A stretch of DNA of 58,648 bases from Hyphomicrobiales bacterium (GTDB lineage Bacteria; Pseudomonadota; Alphaproteobacteria; Rhizobiales; Aestuariivirgaceae). The position numbers were made by a program, and so were the translations under genes. Positions within the stretch are counted from its first letter, which is position 1; every line of letters begins with the position of its first letter. The notes under the pieces are model-generated. The model saw only the letters and a list, made by a program, of their open reading frames with translations. It searched no databases and had not been told where the DNA came from. Below, piece by piece: positions 40,572-50,946 of this stretch. The stretch covers positions 1 through 58,648 of the forward strand of contig JBBQNU010000001.1 in the NCBI GenBank assembly GCA_038330285.1, in the 5' to 3' direction.

Positions 40572-41804
40572 ATGCTTTATAATCTCTATGAGATGAACCA
40601 CGCCGCCCTCGTGCCTTGGCGTGCGGCGGCGGATATGGGCCTGAATTTTTGGCAAAACCCGGTCAACCCGTGGAGTTCATCCAGCACGGCCCGTGCCGTA
40701 AGCGCCTCGCTTGAACTCTTCGAGCGTGCCACCCGCCGATTTGCAAAACCATCTTTCGAACTGAAGGAAACAACCGTGGGCGGCACCACCGTTGCAGTCA
40801 GCGAACAGATCCTTCTGCACAAGCCCTTCGTATCGCTCTTGCATTTCAGCAAGGTCTGGCCGGAAAAGATCAAGGTGAAGTCCCAGCCCAAGCTGCTGGT
40901 CGTGGCTCCCATGTCGGGCCACTACGCCACCCTGCTGCGCGGCACCGTGGAGGCTCTTCTGCCGCACTTCGATGTTTACATTACTGACTGGGCCGATGCC
41001 CGAACCGTTCCCGTGGCGATGGGAAAATTCGATCTCGAGGATTATGTCGATCACGTTATTGAAATTCTCCAGGTCATGGGCGGCAACGTAAATGTGATGG
41101 CCGTGTGCCAGCCCTCGGTGCCCGTCATGGCCGCCGTCGCGCTGATGAATGCCCGCGGTGACAAGAACACGCCAAAGAGCATGATCCTCACGGGCGGCCC
41201 CATCGATACGCGCCGCAACCCCACCGCCGTCAACAAGCTGGCGAAGGAAAAAGGCTCAGACTGGTTCCGCAAGAATGTGATCATGAAGGTGCCGTTCCCC
41301 CATGCGGGCTTCCTGCGTGATGTCTATCCCGGCTTCCTGCAGCTCACCGGTTTCATGACGATGAATCTTGACCGCCACATGGATGCCCACCGCCAGCTCT
41401 TCTGGCACCTCGTTGAGGGCGATGATGAAAGCGCCGAAAAGCACCAGGACTTCTACGATGAATACATGTCGGTCATGGATCTGACGGCGGAATTCTATTT
41501 GCAGACAGTGGACCGCGTCTTCGTCAATCATGACCTGCCGAACGGCTCCTACATGCATCGCGGCTTGCTTGTCGATCCTTCCAAAATCACCCAGACGGCG
41601 CTGATGACGGTTGAAGGCGAACGTGATGATATTTCCGGCGTCGGCCAGACCGAAGCCGCCCATGATTTGTGTTCAAACCTGCCGCAGGAAAAGAAACGTC
41701 ATCACCTGCAGCGCGGCGTCGGCCACTATGGCGTGTTCAGCGGCTCGCGCTTCCGCAAGGATGTTGTGCCAATGATCGTGGATTTTGTGAACGCCAGCGC
41801 CTGA
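40572..41804 (+). CDS. phaZ: Intracellular polyhydroxyalkanoate depolymerase
   Basis: APMSGHYATLLRGT, AVCQPSVP (catalytic Cys), EGE.DDI...GQT and GHYGVF.G motifs. Confidence 0.95.
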   Translation: MLYNLYEMNHAALVPWRAAADMGLNFWQNPVNPWSSSSTARAVSASLELFERATRRFAKPSFELKETTVGGTTVAVSEQILLHKPFVSLLHFSKVWPEKIKVKSQPKLLVVAPMSGHYATLLRGTVEALLPHFDVYITDWADARTVPVAMGKFDLEDYVDHVIEILQVMGGNVNVMAVCQPSVPVMAAVALMNARGDKNTPKSMILTGGPIDTRRNPTAVNKLAKEKGSDWFRKNVIMKVPFPHAGFLRDVYPGFLQLTGFMTMNLDRHMDAHRQLFWHLVEGDDESAEKHQDFYDEYMSVMDLTAEFYLQTVDRVFVNHDLPNGSYMHRGLLVDPSKITQTALMTVEGERDDISGVGQTEAAHDLCSNLPQEKKRHHLQRGVGHYGVFSGSRFRKDVVPMIVDFVNASA

Positions 41805-42559
41805 TGGCCGGCCTGCTTCGCAGTTTTGTGAAAGCATGGTCAGAAGCTCCAGTCGAACCTTACTCAATTCTCATTGATGACATGCCCGTCGTCGTGAATT
41901 TTCGCCGGAATGCCAGGGCCAAGCGCATCATTATCCGCCTGACGCGCGACGCCACCAGTGTCGCCGTGACAATCCCGAAAAACATGAACGCCGCGCGGGC
42001 CCAGGCCTTTGTGGAGAAATCGATTCCGTGGATTTCAAAGCATCTCAGGCAAAGGACCCCGCGGACTGTCCTTGGCCCCGGCTCCGTCATTCCGCTGCGC
42101 GGCATTCCCCATGAGGTCCACGCCACCACGGCGCGCCGCGGCCTCATTACCATCGATCCCGATGCACGCCGCATTCTTGTGCCCGGCGATCCCCGCCATT
42201 TGAGCCGCCGCCTGCAGGATTGGCTGAAGGCCCTGGCCAAGGCCGATCTCACCGAAGCCTCGGCCCGCTACGCAAAATCCATGTCCGTTGATTTCAAGCG
42301 GATTTCGGTCCGTGACCAGAAAAGCCGCTGGGGCTCCTGCTCCGCGGCGGGCGATCTGTCCTACAATTGGCGCCTGATCCTGGCGCCAAGCCATATTCTG
42401 GATTATGTCGCCGCCCATGAAGTGGCGCACCGCCAGCACATGAATCACGGGCCAAGATTCTGGCGCTTGGTCCTGACCCACTGCCCGCACGCCTCAACCG
42501 CAAAGCACTGGTTCAAATCCAACGGCGCGGATCTGCATCGCTTTACGGTGAATCAATAA
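41804..42559 (+). CDS. YgjP/SprT-like (DUF45) zinc metallopeptidase-family protein
   Basis: RDQKSRWGSCS and YVAAHEVAH...MNH...FW; ATG overlaps the phaZ stop (TGATG). Confidence 0.9.
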   Translation: MAGLLRSFVKAWSEAPVEPYSILIDDMPVVVNFRRNARAKRIIIRLTRDATSVAVTIPKNMNAARAQAFVEKSIPWISKHLRQRTPRTVLGPGSVIPLRGIPHEVHATTARRGLITIDPDARRILVPGDPRHLSRRLQDWLKALAKADLTEASARYAKSMSVDFKRISVRDQKSRWGSCSAAGDLSYNWRLILAPSHILDYVAAHEVAHRQHMNHGPRFWRLVLTHCPHASTAKHWFKSNGADLHRFTVNQ

Positions 42560-44646
42560 ATCGAATTGTTGTTATTCTTGGACTGGCGCTTTTTCCGTTT
42601 CTCGGCGCGCGGTTCGTCGCTGCCGCCGAAAAGGCGCTCAAAAAAACCCCTCTTGCGCGTGGGAGTCGCAAACTCTTCCTCGCTGCCATAGTCCATGCTT
42701 TCGTCCTGGGAAACCAGATAGGGGTCGGCTTCCGGTTGTTCTTCAATATATCCGGGCAGCGGCGCAGGCGACAGGTTGGCATGCGCCACCTCCATTACAT
42801 CCTTCCAGATGGCAGCCGGCACGGATCCGCCGGTCACGGTTTTGGTGGGCGAATTATCGTCATTGCCAAGCCACACGCCGGCCACCAGATAGCTGGAATA
42901 TCCGACAAACCACGCATCCCTGTAATCCTGGCTGGTGCCGGTTTTGCCCGCGATATCGAAGCCGGGAATTTGCGCCTTCTTGGCCGTTCCTTCGTTCACA
43001 ACGGCCCGCATCATCGAGTTCATCGAGCCCAAGTCGCGGTTTGAAATGGCCTGTCCGAGGCCATCGCCGCTGCGCTCGTAAATCACCTGGCCATTGCGCG
43101 TCACAATGCGGCGCACCGAGAAGGGCACAATGCTGTAGCCGCCATTGGCAAAGGGCGTGAACGCCGAAGTGAGTTCCAGAAGCGTCACTTCAGAAGTTCC
43201 CAGCGCTATCGAAGCGTCATTACCGAGATGCGAAGTGATGCCAAGACGGTGCGCCACAGCCACCACATTTTCCGGCCCCACGCTGTTGGCCAATTGGGCC
43301 GCAACACTATTGAGCGAAAGAGCCAGGGCGGTTCTGAGCGTCACTTCGCCAAGATATTTCTGGTTGTAGTTTCCGGGCTCCCAGCTGCCGATGCGAATGG
43401 GCTGATCATTGGCCCTGGACTCCGGCGTGTAGCCCTGTTCCATTGCCGCAAGAAAGACGAAGGGCTTGAAGGTTGAACCCGGCTGGCGCATGGCCTTGAT
43501 GGCGCGGTTGTACTGGCTGCGCTGGTAGGATTTGCCGCCGACCATGGCCTTGACCGCGCCGAAGGTGTCCATCACCACCATGGCCCCTTGCGAAACCCTG
43601 AGCTTTTTGCCCTCTTCATTCAGGTGTTTGCGCAGCGATCGTTCGGCGAGAAGTTGAAGCTGCGGGTCGATGGTGGTTTCAACGATGATGGATTGGCCAT
43701 AATCCTTGACCAGCAGGGGCAACTGTTCGTTGACCCAGTCGACAACATATTGGGTTGCTGGCACATAATCCGAAGCCACGACGGTTGCCGGCGCATTGAG
43801 GGCCTGGTCCGCCTCGCCCTGGCTGATGAAATCCGCATCGACCATGGCATTGAGCACCAGGCTGGCGCGCTCCGCCGAGGCTTCCGGGCGTGTGATCGGA
43901 TTGTAGTTGGTCGGCGCCTTGAGCACGCCGGCCAGCGTCGCCGCCTCGGTCAGGTTAAGGTCAGTGGCGGACTTGTGATAGAAAACCTGTGCGGCCTTTT
44001 CAATGCCCGTGGCCCCCGAGCCATAATAGACGCGGTTGAGATAGAGCTGGAGGATGTCATCCTTGGAAAATTTTGTTTCAAGCCAGAGCGCCAGCACCAG
44101 TTCCTGCGCCTTGCGGCTGTAGGTGCGTTCGGGTTTGAGAAAAAGATTCTTGGCAAGCTGCTGCGTAATGGTCGAACCGCCCTGCACCACGCGTCCTGCC
44201 GTGAAATTCTCATAGGCCGCGCGCACGAGGCTTAAAGGATCAACCCCGAAATGCGAGCGGAAGCGGTGGTCCTCAATGGCAATCAGCGCATTGGGCACAT
44301 AGTCCGGAAGTTCCGATACGCGCACCTGGTCGCCGAAGAACGCCCCCTGTTCCGAAAGCACCGTGCCGTCTTCCGCCAGCAGCATGATGCCGGGCTGCAG
44401 CTCGGGTATCTGCAGAAGCCCCTTCTGGCTCAGCGAGAACCAGACATAGCCCAACATCGCCGCAAGGGCGATGGAACCGAGAACCGCGGATTTGAAGGCG
44501 AAGGAAAAAAGCCAGCGGAGGAAAGAGCGCCGCCGCCGTGGCTGTGGCTCTGAATCTTTTGCACCGCGGCGTTTCTTGCGGTCAAAAAGCTGCGGCTCCC
44601 GCCGTTCACTGGGGGAGTGCCTTTTTCTGCCACCGAATAGTCCCAT
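42553..44646 (-). CDS. Class A penicillin-binding protein (PBP1A family)
   Basis: IEDHRF..H.G, GGSTITQQLAKN, RQPGSTFK, SLN and KTGT motifs. Confidence 0.94.
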   Translation of the reverse strand: MGLFGGRKRHSPSERREPQLFDRKKRRGAKDSEPQPRRRRSFLRWLFSFAFKSAVLGSIALAAMLGYVWFSLSQKGLLQIPELQPGIMLLAEDGTVLSEQGAFFGDQVRVSELPDYVPNALIAIEDHRFRSHFGVDPLSLVRAAYENFTAGRVVQGGSTITQQLAKNLFLKPERTYSRKAQELVLALWLETKFSKDDILQLYLNRVYYGSGATGIEKAAQVFYHKSATDLNLTEAATLAGVLKAPTNYNPITRPEASAERASLVLNAMVDADFISQGEADQALNAPATVVASDYVPATQYVVDWVNEQLPLLVKDYGQSIIVETTIDPQLQLLAERSLRKHLNEEGKKLRVSQGAMVVMDTFGAVKAMVGGKSYQRSQYNRAIKAMRQPGSTFKPFVFLAAMEQGYTPESRANDQPIRIGSWEPGNYNQKYLGEVTLRTALALSLNSVAAQLANSVGPENVVAVAHRLGITSHLGNDASIALGTSEVTLLELTSAFTPFANGGYSIVPFSVRRIVTRNGQVIYERSGDGLGQAISNRDLGSMNSMMRAVVNEGTAKKAQIPGFDIAGKTGTSQDYRDAWFVGYSSYLVAGVWLGNDDNSPTKTVTGGSVPAAIWKDVMEVAHANLSPAPLPGYIEEQPEADPYLVSQDESMDYGSEEEFATPTRKRGFFERLFGGSDEPRAEKRKKRQSKNNNNSIY

Positions 44647-44695
44647 CGTCGTCCCTTGGCCCAATAGGCTCTATGCCTTTGATGGGGCTTATCAT

Positions 44696-44710
44696 TTAAC
44701 CCTTGGTTAA
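44696..44710. promoter_or_regulatory. Full CtrA binding site
   Basis: TTAA-cccttgg-TTAA (TTAA-N7-TTAA), 50 nt upstream of the PBP start. Confidence 0.7.
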
Positions 44711-44756
44711 GGCCAAACTCGGCGCAAAAGATGGTCCAATAGTGACGGGGCCGGGA

Positions 44757-46292
44757 TTACATCACCGCGCCGACCTGCCAGGGCACATACTCATTGTCGC
44801 CATAGCCCAGTTCTTCGGACTTCGTCTTTTCGCCCGAGGCGACTTTCAGAACCTTGTTGAAGATTTCCTGGCCCTTGTCGGCAATCGAAACGCCTTCGAC
44901 AACATCCCCGCAATTGATGTCCATGTCCTCAATCATGCGGTTGTAAACATCGGTATTTGTTGCCAGCTTTATGGAGGGCACCGGCTTGCAGCCATAGGCC
45001 GAGCCGCGCCCCGTGGTAAAGCACAGCATATTGGCGCCGCCCGCCACTTGGCCGGTGGCGGAAACCGGATCATAACCCGGCGTATCCATGAACACGAAGC
45101 CCTTGGCGGTCACCTGTTCGGCATAGCGGTAAACTGCTTCCAGCGTCGTGGTACCGCCCTTGGCGGCCGCACCCAGAGACTTTTCCAGGATGGTGGAAAG
45201 TCCGCCCAGCTTGTTGCCGGGTGAGGGATTATTATTCATTTCCATCAGGTTACGCTTGGTATAGTCCTCCCACCAATGAATGATATCGATCAGTTTCTCG
45301 CCGACTTCGCGCGACACGGCGCGGCGTGTAAGAAGATGTTCGGCCCCATAGATTTCCGGCGTTTCGGAGAGGATTGCCGTGCCGCCTTGGCGGACCAAAA
45401 GGTCAACCGCCGCACCGAGTGACGGATTGGCGGTAATGCCGGAATAGCCATCGGAGCCGCCGCATTGAAGGGCCAGGATTATCTCCGAGGCGTAGCATTT
45501 TTCACGCTTCACATCGTTGACGTAAGGCAGCATGGCATTCACCGCTTCAACGCCGGCGGCAACCGTCTTGCGGGTTCCGCCCGTCTCCTGGATGGTCATC
45601 GTGCGGAAGGTGTTTCCTTCCACGATTCCATAGGCTTCCTTGAAGCGCGGGATCTGGAATCCTTCGCAGCCCAGGCCCACCATCATGACGCCGCCCATGT
45701 TCGGATTGGTGGCATAACCCCAGGACGTGCGCTTCAGCACATCGAAGATGGCGCCCCGGAAATCAATGACGCAGCCATTGTCCATCTTGAGGGCAACAAC
45801 ACCGTCGATGTTTTTGTAGTCCTTGAGGATTTCAGAACGGTTGACTTCCTCGGCAATGAATTTGGCAACTGTGGCCGAGCAGTTCACGCTGGTCATGATG
45901 CCAATGTAATTGCGCGTCCCGACCTTGCCGTTCGCACGCCTAAAACCTTGAAATGTTTCCTGTTTCTCAAGCGGCAGGATATCAGTGTGGAGGGCTCCCT
46001 GGGCAAAGGCATAGTCATGCGAAAGCTCACCCATGCCGATGTTGTGCTCGTGAATCCAAGCACCCGCCGGAATATCAACCTTGGCAAAGCCTATGATTTG
46101 CCCGAATTTTTTGACTGGAGCGCCAGATTTAATGTTGGCGGCTGCCATCTTGTGGCCTTTGCCGATGCGCTCGGAAGCAACGATATCCTCGCTGGTAAGG
46201 GCGCCCTTTTCCACCGTGGTGATCGCCACAACCACGTTATCAACAGCATTGAGACGCAGCATGTGCTGCTTTTGTGATGGTTTATCGAGCAT
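44757..46292 (-). CDS. UxaA/GarD-family (altronate-type) sugar-acid dehydratase
   Basis: N-terminal SAF (DNV.VA, GHK.A, H.HN); GTRN, SVNCS, GLGCE, CGGSD..SG.TANP, EKSLG and FTTGRG motifs. Confidence 0.93.
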   Translation of the reverse strand: MLDKPSQKQHMLRLNAVDNVVVAITTVEKGALTSEDIVASERIGKGHKMAAANIKSGAPVKKFGQIIGFAKVDIPAGAWIHEHNIGMGELSHDYAFAQGALHTDILPLEKQETFQGFRRANGKVGTRNYIGIMTSVNCSATVAKFIAEEVNRSEILKDYKNIDGVVALKMDNGCVIDFRGAIFDVLKRTSWGYATNPNMGGVMMVGLGCEGFQIPRFKEAYGIVEGNTFRTMTIQETGGTRKTVAAGVEAVNAMLPYVNDVKREKCYASEIILALQCGGSDGYSGITANPSLGAAVDLLVRQGGTAILSETPEIYGAEHLLTRRAVSREVGEKLIDIIHWWEDYTKRNLMEMNNNPSPGNKLGGLSTILEKSLGAAAKGGTTTLEAVYRYAEQVTAKGFVFMDTPGYDPVSATGQVAGGANMLCFTTGRGSAYGCKPVPSIKLATNTDVYNRMIEDMDINCGDVVEGVSIADKGQEIFNKVLKVASGEKTKSEELGYGDNEYVPWQVGAVM

Positions 46293-46337
46293 ATTTGACG
46301 ACCTCTGGTGTGCAATCCACATAGAACTTGCGTTGCC

Positions 46338-46371
46338 TATTATTCATACTAACATGTTAGTATGAATAATA
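46338..46371. promoter_or_regulatory. Perfect 34-bp palindrome, probable GntR operator
   Basis: TATTATTCATACTAACA|TGTTAGTATGAATAATA between the divergent dehydratase and gntR genes, covering the gntR ATG. Confidence 0.8.
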
Positions 46372-47096
46372 CAGCGGTGAGTTTGGACATACCTACCCCG
46401 CCCCGGAAGGGCACCCGCGGGGGTGCTGGCGATCATGTCTATCTGGTCTTGCGCGAAGCCATCGTTTCCCTGGAGCTCAAGCCGGGCCAGATTCTGGACA
46501 AGCAGGTCTTCGTCGAGCGCTTCGGGGTTTCGCGCGCCCCCATCTATGATGCCTTCAACAGGCTTCAGGCCGAAGCCCTGGTTGACGTGGTCCCCCAGCG
46601 CGGAACCACGGTCAGCCTGATCAAGATTTCCGATGCCCGGGAGAACATGTTCCTGCGCCGGGCCTTGGAGGTGGAAGCGGTGCGGGCAGTGACCCGTAAT
46701 TTTTCCGGTGATCATCTTGAGGCCCTGAAACAAAACCTGCGCTATCAGTCGGCCGCCGTTGCATCCGGTGACAAGATCGGCTTCCACCGTTTTGATCTTG
46801 AATTTCATGCGGTGCTGTTTGAAGCCCTGGGCTTTGAACGGGTGAAGACCTTTGCCGAAACCGCGAGACTCGGCCTCGACCGGGTGCGCCGCCTGCTCAA
46901 TTCCAGGCGCCGGCAGGAATTCACCCTGCAGGAACATCAGGCCATCCTTGAGGAAATTCAGCAGCGCAACGCCAACGCTGCCGCCAATGCCATGGGCGCC
47001 CATCTTGATGCCGTGATGAAGGAACTCGAAACTTTTGCCGCGGCAAATCCTGAACTGTTTGTCGACCTCCAAACCAAACCAGACGGACAACTATGA
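46362..47096 (+). CDS. GntR family regulator (FCD domain)
   Basis: LR.AI..L.L.PG, FGVSR.P, PQRGT.V, D..FH, EH..I and HL motifs. Confidence 0.93.
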   Translation: MNNTAVSLDIPTPPRKGTRGGAGDHVYLVLREAIVSLELKPGQILDKQVFVERFGVSRAPIYDAFNRLQAEALVDVVPQRGTTVSLIKISDARENMFLRRALEVEAVRAVTRNFSGDHLEALKQNLRYQSAAVASGDKIGFHRFDLEFHAVLFEALGFERVKTFAETARLGLDRVRRLLNSRRRQEFTLQEHQAILEEIQQRNANAAANAMGAHLDAVMKELETFAAANPELFVDLQTKPDGQL

Positions 47097-48112
47097 AAAA
47101 GAATGTGTTCAAGGCGCCTTCCGGGGCATCCATCTCACTCACCGAAATGGGCATGGGCACCGCCCCCCTCGGCAATCTCTATCGCCCCCTTTCTGAAAAG
47201 GATGCGCAAGATACCCTTGCGGCTGCTTGGAAAGCCGGCATCCGCTATTTTGATACGGCCCCGTTTTATGGTCTGGGCATCGCGGAAAACCGCCTCAATC
47301 CGTTTTTCCGCAGCCACAAGCGCAGCGACTATGTCGTTTCAACCAAGGTCGGGCGCCTGCTCGAGGTATGCAAACCCGGCGAGCGCGCCGGTATTGGAAA
47401 GTTTTTCGACACGCCGTCGCGTAAGGAAGTTTTCGATTATACCTATGACGGCATCATGCGCTCGCTGGATTTATCCCTGGAGCGCTTGGGGCTTGACCAG
47501 GTGGATATTCTATACGTCCATGATGTCGACGTATTCACCCACGGCTCCGAAGCAATCCGCGATGCTCATGTGAAAACCCTGATGGGCAGCGGATACAAAG
47601 CCCTTCAAAAATTGCGCGACGAGAAGGTCATTAAGGCCTTTGGCGCCGGCATCAATGAGTGGCAGGTCTGTGAGATCCTGCTGGCGCAGGGCGACTTTGA
47701 TATTTTTCTGCTTGCTGGCCGCTACACCTTACTGGAGCAGGAGGCCTTGAATTCATTTCTGCCGCTCTGTGAAAAACGCGGCATCGGCATTGTCCTTGGC
47801 GGACCCTACAATTCCGGCATTCTTGCCACCGGCGCAAAGCCCGGAGCATTGTATAATTATGACCCCGCACCAAAAGGCATACTTGATCGCGTCCGCAAGA
47901 TTGAGGCCGTCTGCACGGCCCACAAGGTGAAATTGCCCGAGGCGGCGCTGCGCTTTCCCGTAAAGCATCCTGCTGTCGTCTCGGTCATTCCCGGCATGGT
48001 GAATCCGAAACAAGTGGCATTGAATGTGAAAACCTTGGGGGCAAAGATTCCAAAAGCATTCTGGAAAGACTTGAAGCGCCAAGGCCTGCTGCATGCGGGA
48101 GCACCCGTGTGA
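47093..48112 (+). CDS. Aldo/keto reductase, L-fucose/D-threo-aldose 1-dehydrogenase-like
   Basis: GTAPLGNLY, YFDTAP.YG.G, STKVGR, FDYTYDG, YVHD, LAGRYTLLEQ and GGPYNSGILA motifs. Confidence 0.88.
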   Translation: MKKNVFKAPSGASISLTEMGMGTAPLGNLYRPLSEKDAQDTLAAAWKAGIRYFDTAPFYGLGIAENRLNPFFRSHKRSDYVVSTKVGRLLEVCKPGERAGIGKFFDTPSRKEVFDYTYDGIMRSLDLSLERLGLDQVDILYVHDVDVFTHGSEAIRDAHVKTLMGSGYKALQKLRDEKVIKAFGAGINEWQVCEILLAQGDFDIFLLAGRYTLLEQEALNSFLPLCEKRGIGIVLGGPYNSGILATGAKPGALYNYDPAPKGILDRVRKIEAVCTAHKVKLPEAALRFPVKHPAVVSVIPGMVNPKQVALNVKTLGAKIPKAFWKDLKRQGLLHAGAPV

Positions 48113-48295
48113 TGAACGAAACCTGCTTTACCAACAAAAGTGAAAGGAAGGAGGAAATTTAAGGCACGAGTGCCTGCTTCGATGGAACTGCATAAAGATT
48201 TGTCATTCAGAACGGCCAATTGACAGTCGTTCGAATTGGGATTTTAACAATTGGAAACGAGCCCAAAATGGGCCGTAAAAATGGGAGAGAATAAA

Positions 48296-49777
48296 ATGTC
48301 TTTTAGAAAAATGATGACGAGTATGTTAGCGGCAGGCGTTGCCGTGAGCGGACTCAGCGCTGTTGCATTTGCCGGCGAGTTCGACGGCGTGACGGTGAAT
48401 ATCCTGACACGCCCAGGCTACGTGATTGCGGGCCGCCTTGCCGAGCGTGGCAAGGAATTTGAAGCAGCCACCGGCGGCAAGATCGTCGTGACCGAAGTTC
48501 CCTTCGCGGAAATCTTCCCGAAAATCCAGGCCGACTGGTCTACTGGCACGAACTCCATCGACGTGGGTGTCTTTGCCGCGGGCTGGGGCGTGGAACTTGA
48601 CGCAGCCGGGTTGCTTGAGGACATGGACCCCTACATCGCCAAGGACACCAAGCTCGATCTCGCCGACGTGGCGCCCTACTTCCGCGAATTTGGCCAGAAG
48701 GTTGGCGGCAAGACCAAACTCTTGATGGTCGATGGCGACTTCCAGATGGTCTATTATCGCAAGGACGTTCTGGAGAAAGCCGGCCTGCAGCCGCCCAAGA
48801 CCTGGGAAGAATATCTTGACGTGGCTTCCAAAATCCACGGCCAGGACATGAATGGCGATGGCCAGGCCGACTACGGGTCCTGCATCTTCAAGAAGCGCAA
48901 CGCCCAATCCTACATGGCGATCCAGACGGTCGCTGCCTCTTTCGTGCAGACCCAGGGCACGGCCCAGGGCTTCTACTTCGACAACGCCACGATGAAGCCT
49001 GTAGTCAGCAACGATGCCTGGAAAAAGGCTTTCGAGCTCTACAAGGAAACCGGCAAGTATGGTCCGCCGGAAGAATTGAACATGGACATCGGCGACACCC
49101 GTGCCATTTTCAAGGCTGGCCGTTGCGGCCTGCTCATCGAGTGGGGCGATCCCGGCACGCTGCAGCTTGATCCTGATGCCGCCGCCGTGAAGGGCCTGAT
49201 CTTCGCCGTGGGCGCTGTCGGTACCAAGGAAGTGCTTGATCGCGCCACCGGCAAGCTCGTGCCGGTGACGAAGGAAAATGCGCCTTACTCGGTTGACGGC
49301 ATCAATTATGCACCGTTCGCCGCTTTCGGGGGCTGGGCTGGCGCCATCAACTCCAAGATCGATCAGAAGAAGAAGGATGCAGCCTATGCTTTCCTCTCCT
49401 ACATGAACCAGGCAGCGCAATCGAACGTCGACGTGACGATCGGTGCCACGGGCTACAACCCGTACCGCAACTCGCAGCTTGCCAGCACCGACCTGTGGGT
49501 GAAGGCCGGCATGCCAGCCGATCTGGCCGCGAACTATCTTGGCGCCATCAACGGCGCTTTGAACAACCTCAACATGGCTTCCGATATGAAGATCCCCGGT
49601 GCGCAGAAATACACCGGCGTTGTTCTTGACACCGAGCTTGCCCGCTATCTTGCTGGCGAAATCACGGTGGATGAAGCCCTGAAGAACATCGAAGCGGGCT
49701 GGGAGGAAATCACGGAAGATTTCGGCCGTGATTCCCAGATCAAGGCTCAGGCCTTGGCATCGGGCACTGGCGGTTAA
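48296..49777 (+). CDS. Carbohydrate ABC transporter substrate-binding protein
   Basis: Sec signal ending in AFA; DGD...YYRKD, PKTWEEY and DMNGDG Ca-binding-like loop; GGAGAG RBS. Confidence 0.92.
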   Translation: MSFRKMMTSMLAAGVAVSGLSAVAFAGEFDGVTVNILTRPGYVIAGRLAERGKEFEAATGGKIVVTEVPFAEIFPKIQADWSTGTNSIDVGVFAAGWGVELDAAGLLEDMDPYIAKDTKLDLADVAPYFREFGQKVGGKTKLLMVDGDFQMVYYRKDVLEKAGLQPPKTWEEYLDVASKIHGQDMNGDGQADYGSCIFKKRNAQSYMAIQTVAASFVQTQGTAQGFYFDNATMKPVVSNDAWKKAFELYKETGKYGPPEELNMDIGDTRAIFKAGRCGLLIEWGDPGTLQLDPDAAAVKGLIFAVGAVGTKEVLDRATGKLVPVTKENAPYSVDGINYAPFAAFGGWAGAINSKIDQKKKDAAYAFLSYMNQAAQSNVDVTIGATGYNPYRNSQLASTDLWVKAGMPADLAANYLGAINGALNNLNMASDMKIPGAQKYTGVVLDTELARYLAGEITVDEALKNIEAGWEEITEDFGRDSQIKAQALASGTGG

Positions 49778-49788
49778 TACGCCTGCCT

Positions 49789-50946
49789 ATGGCTGAAGCC
49801 CGAAACAACGTCAGCCAGCCGGGGACTTCCCCGGCTGGCGACTCTCCGCAAGAGAGCTGGGGTGAATGGTCTGATCGCCATTCCAGAACGTTTTTCATTA
49901 CCCCTGCCGTAACCCTGATACTGATTTTCGCTATCTTCCCGACCTTCTATTCCATTGTCTTTGCCTTGAGCCGCGTGCGGTTCACCGCTGATGGGCTGCA
50001 GTTCCGCTTCGTCGGACTCCAGAATTTTTCCAAGCAGTTCTTCGGCAACGATCAGGTTCACTTCCTTGGCAAGACCGGGAACATGGGTGTTATCGGCACG
50101 GTATTCTTTGTTGCCGTTGCCGCCGCCGCTCTCTGGTGGCTCTACCGCTCCCTGAAGATCTCAAGCCCGGTGGGCATGCTGGGCCGCATCATCTCGGCTG
50201 CCATGGCAATTTTCATTGCGTGGATCATGGGCGCCTCGCTGCTCTCCGGCAGCACCATCGGCACGCTTCTCACCACTCTCTTTTATGTTTTCGTGGGTTG
50301 CGCGCTGCAATTCGCGATCGGCACCGGCCTTGCGTTTCTCTGCTCGCAACCGATCCTGGGAAAAAGCTTTTTCCGCGTGATCTTCTTCATTCCACTGATG
50401 GTGACGCCGCTCGGTGTGGGTTACGCCATGAAGATGGTTGCCGACATCACGAAGGGGCCCTTTGAGCCGCTGCTCAGGGGGTTTGGCATCGAGGACTGGG
50501 TATGGTCAGCCAGCCCATGGGGCGCGCGCTTCGTGATGATGATTTGCGACTCCTGGCAATGGATTCCCTTCATCTTCATCTGCATGCTGGCAGCCCTTGA
50601 AAACGTGCCGCGTGACCACGTCGAGGCAGCCCAGGTGGACGGCGCCTCAAGCGTCCAGATTTTCCGCGAAATCACTTGGCCGCAGATCGTGCCGGTGGCC
50701 GTAACTGTGCTGCTTATCCGCACCATCGAGGCTTTCAAGATCGTGGACCTGCCGAACATCATGACAGGAGGCGGGCCTGGCTCCTCTACCGAATCCATGA
50801 CGCTGCATTCCCTCTACATCTGGCGCTCCAATGACATCGGCACTTCCGCGGCCGTCGCCTATCTCCTGCTCATTCTCACGGTTGTCGTGTGTGCGTCCTT
50901 CTTCAACTATGTGGTGCTCGGGCAATTGCGGAAGGTGCGCGCATGA
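49789..50946 (+). CDS. Carbohydrate ABC transporter permease 1
   Basis: FVGLQNF, WQWIPF, EAAQVDGA and TGGGPG..TE motifs. Confidence 0.93.
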   Translation: MAEARNNVSQPGTSPAGDSPQESWGEWSDRHSRTFFITPAVTLILIFAIFPTFYSIVFALSRVRFTADGLQFRFVGLQNFSKQFFGNDQVHFLGKTGNMGVIGTVFFVAVAAAALWWLYRSLKISSPVGMLGRIISAAMAIFIAWIMGASLLSGSTIGTLLTTLFYVFVGCALQFAIGTGLAFLCSQPILGKSFFRVIFFIPLMVTPLGVGYAMKMVADITKGPFEPLLRGFGIEDWVWSASPWGARFVMMICDSWQWIPFIFICMLAALENVPRDHVEAAQVDGASSVQIFREITWPQIVPVAVTVLLIRTIEAFKIVDLPNIMTGGGPGSSTESMTLHSLYIWRSNDIGTSAAVAYLLLILTVVVCASFFNYVVLGQLRKVRA

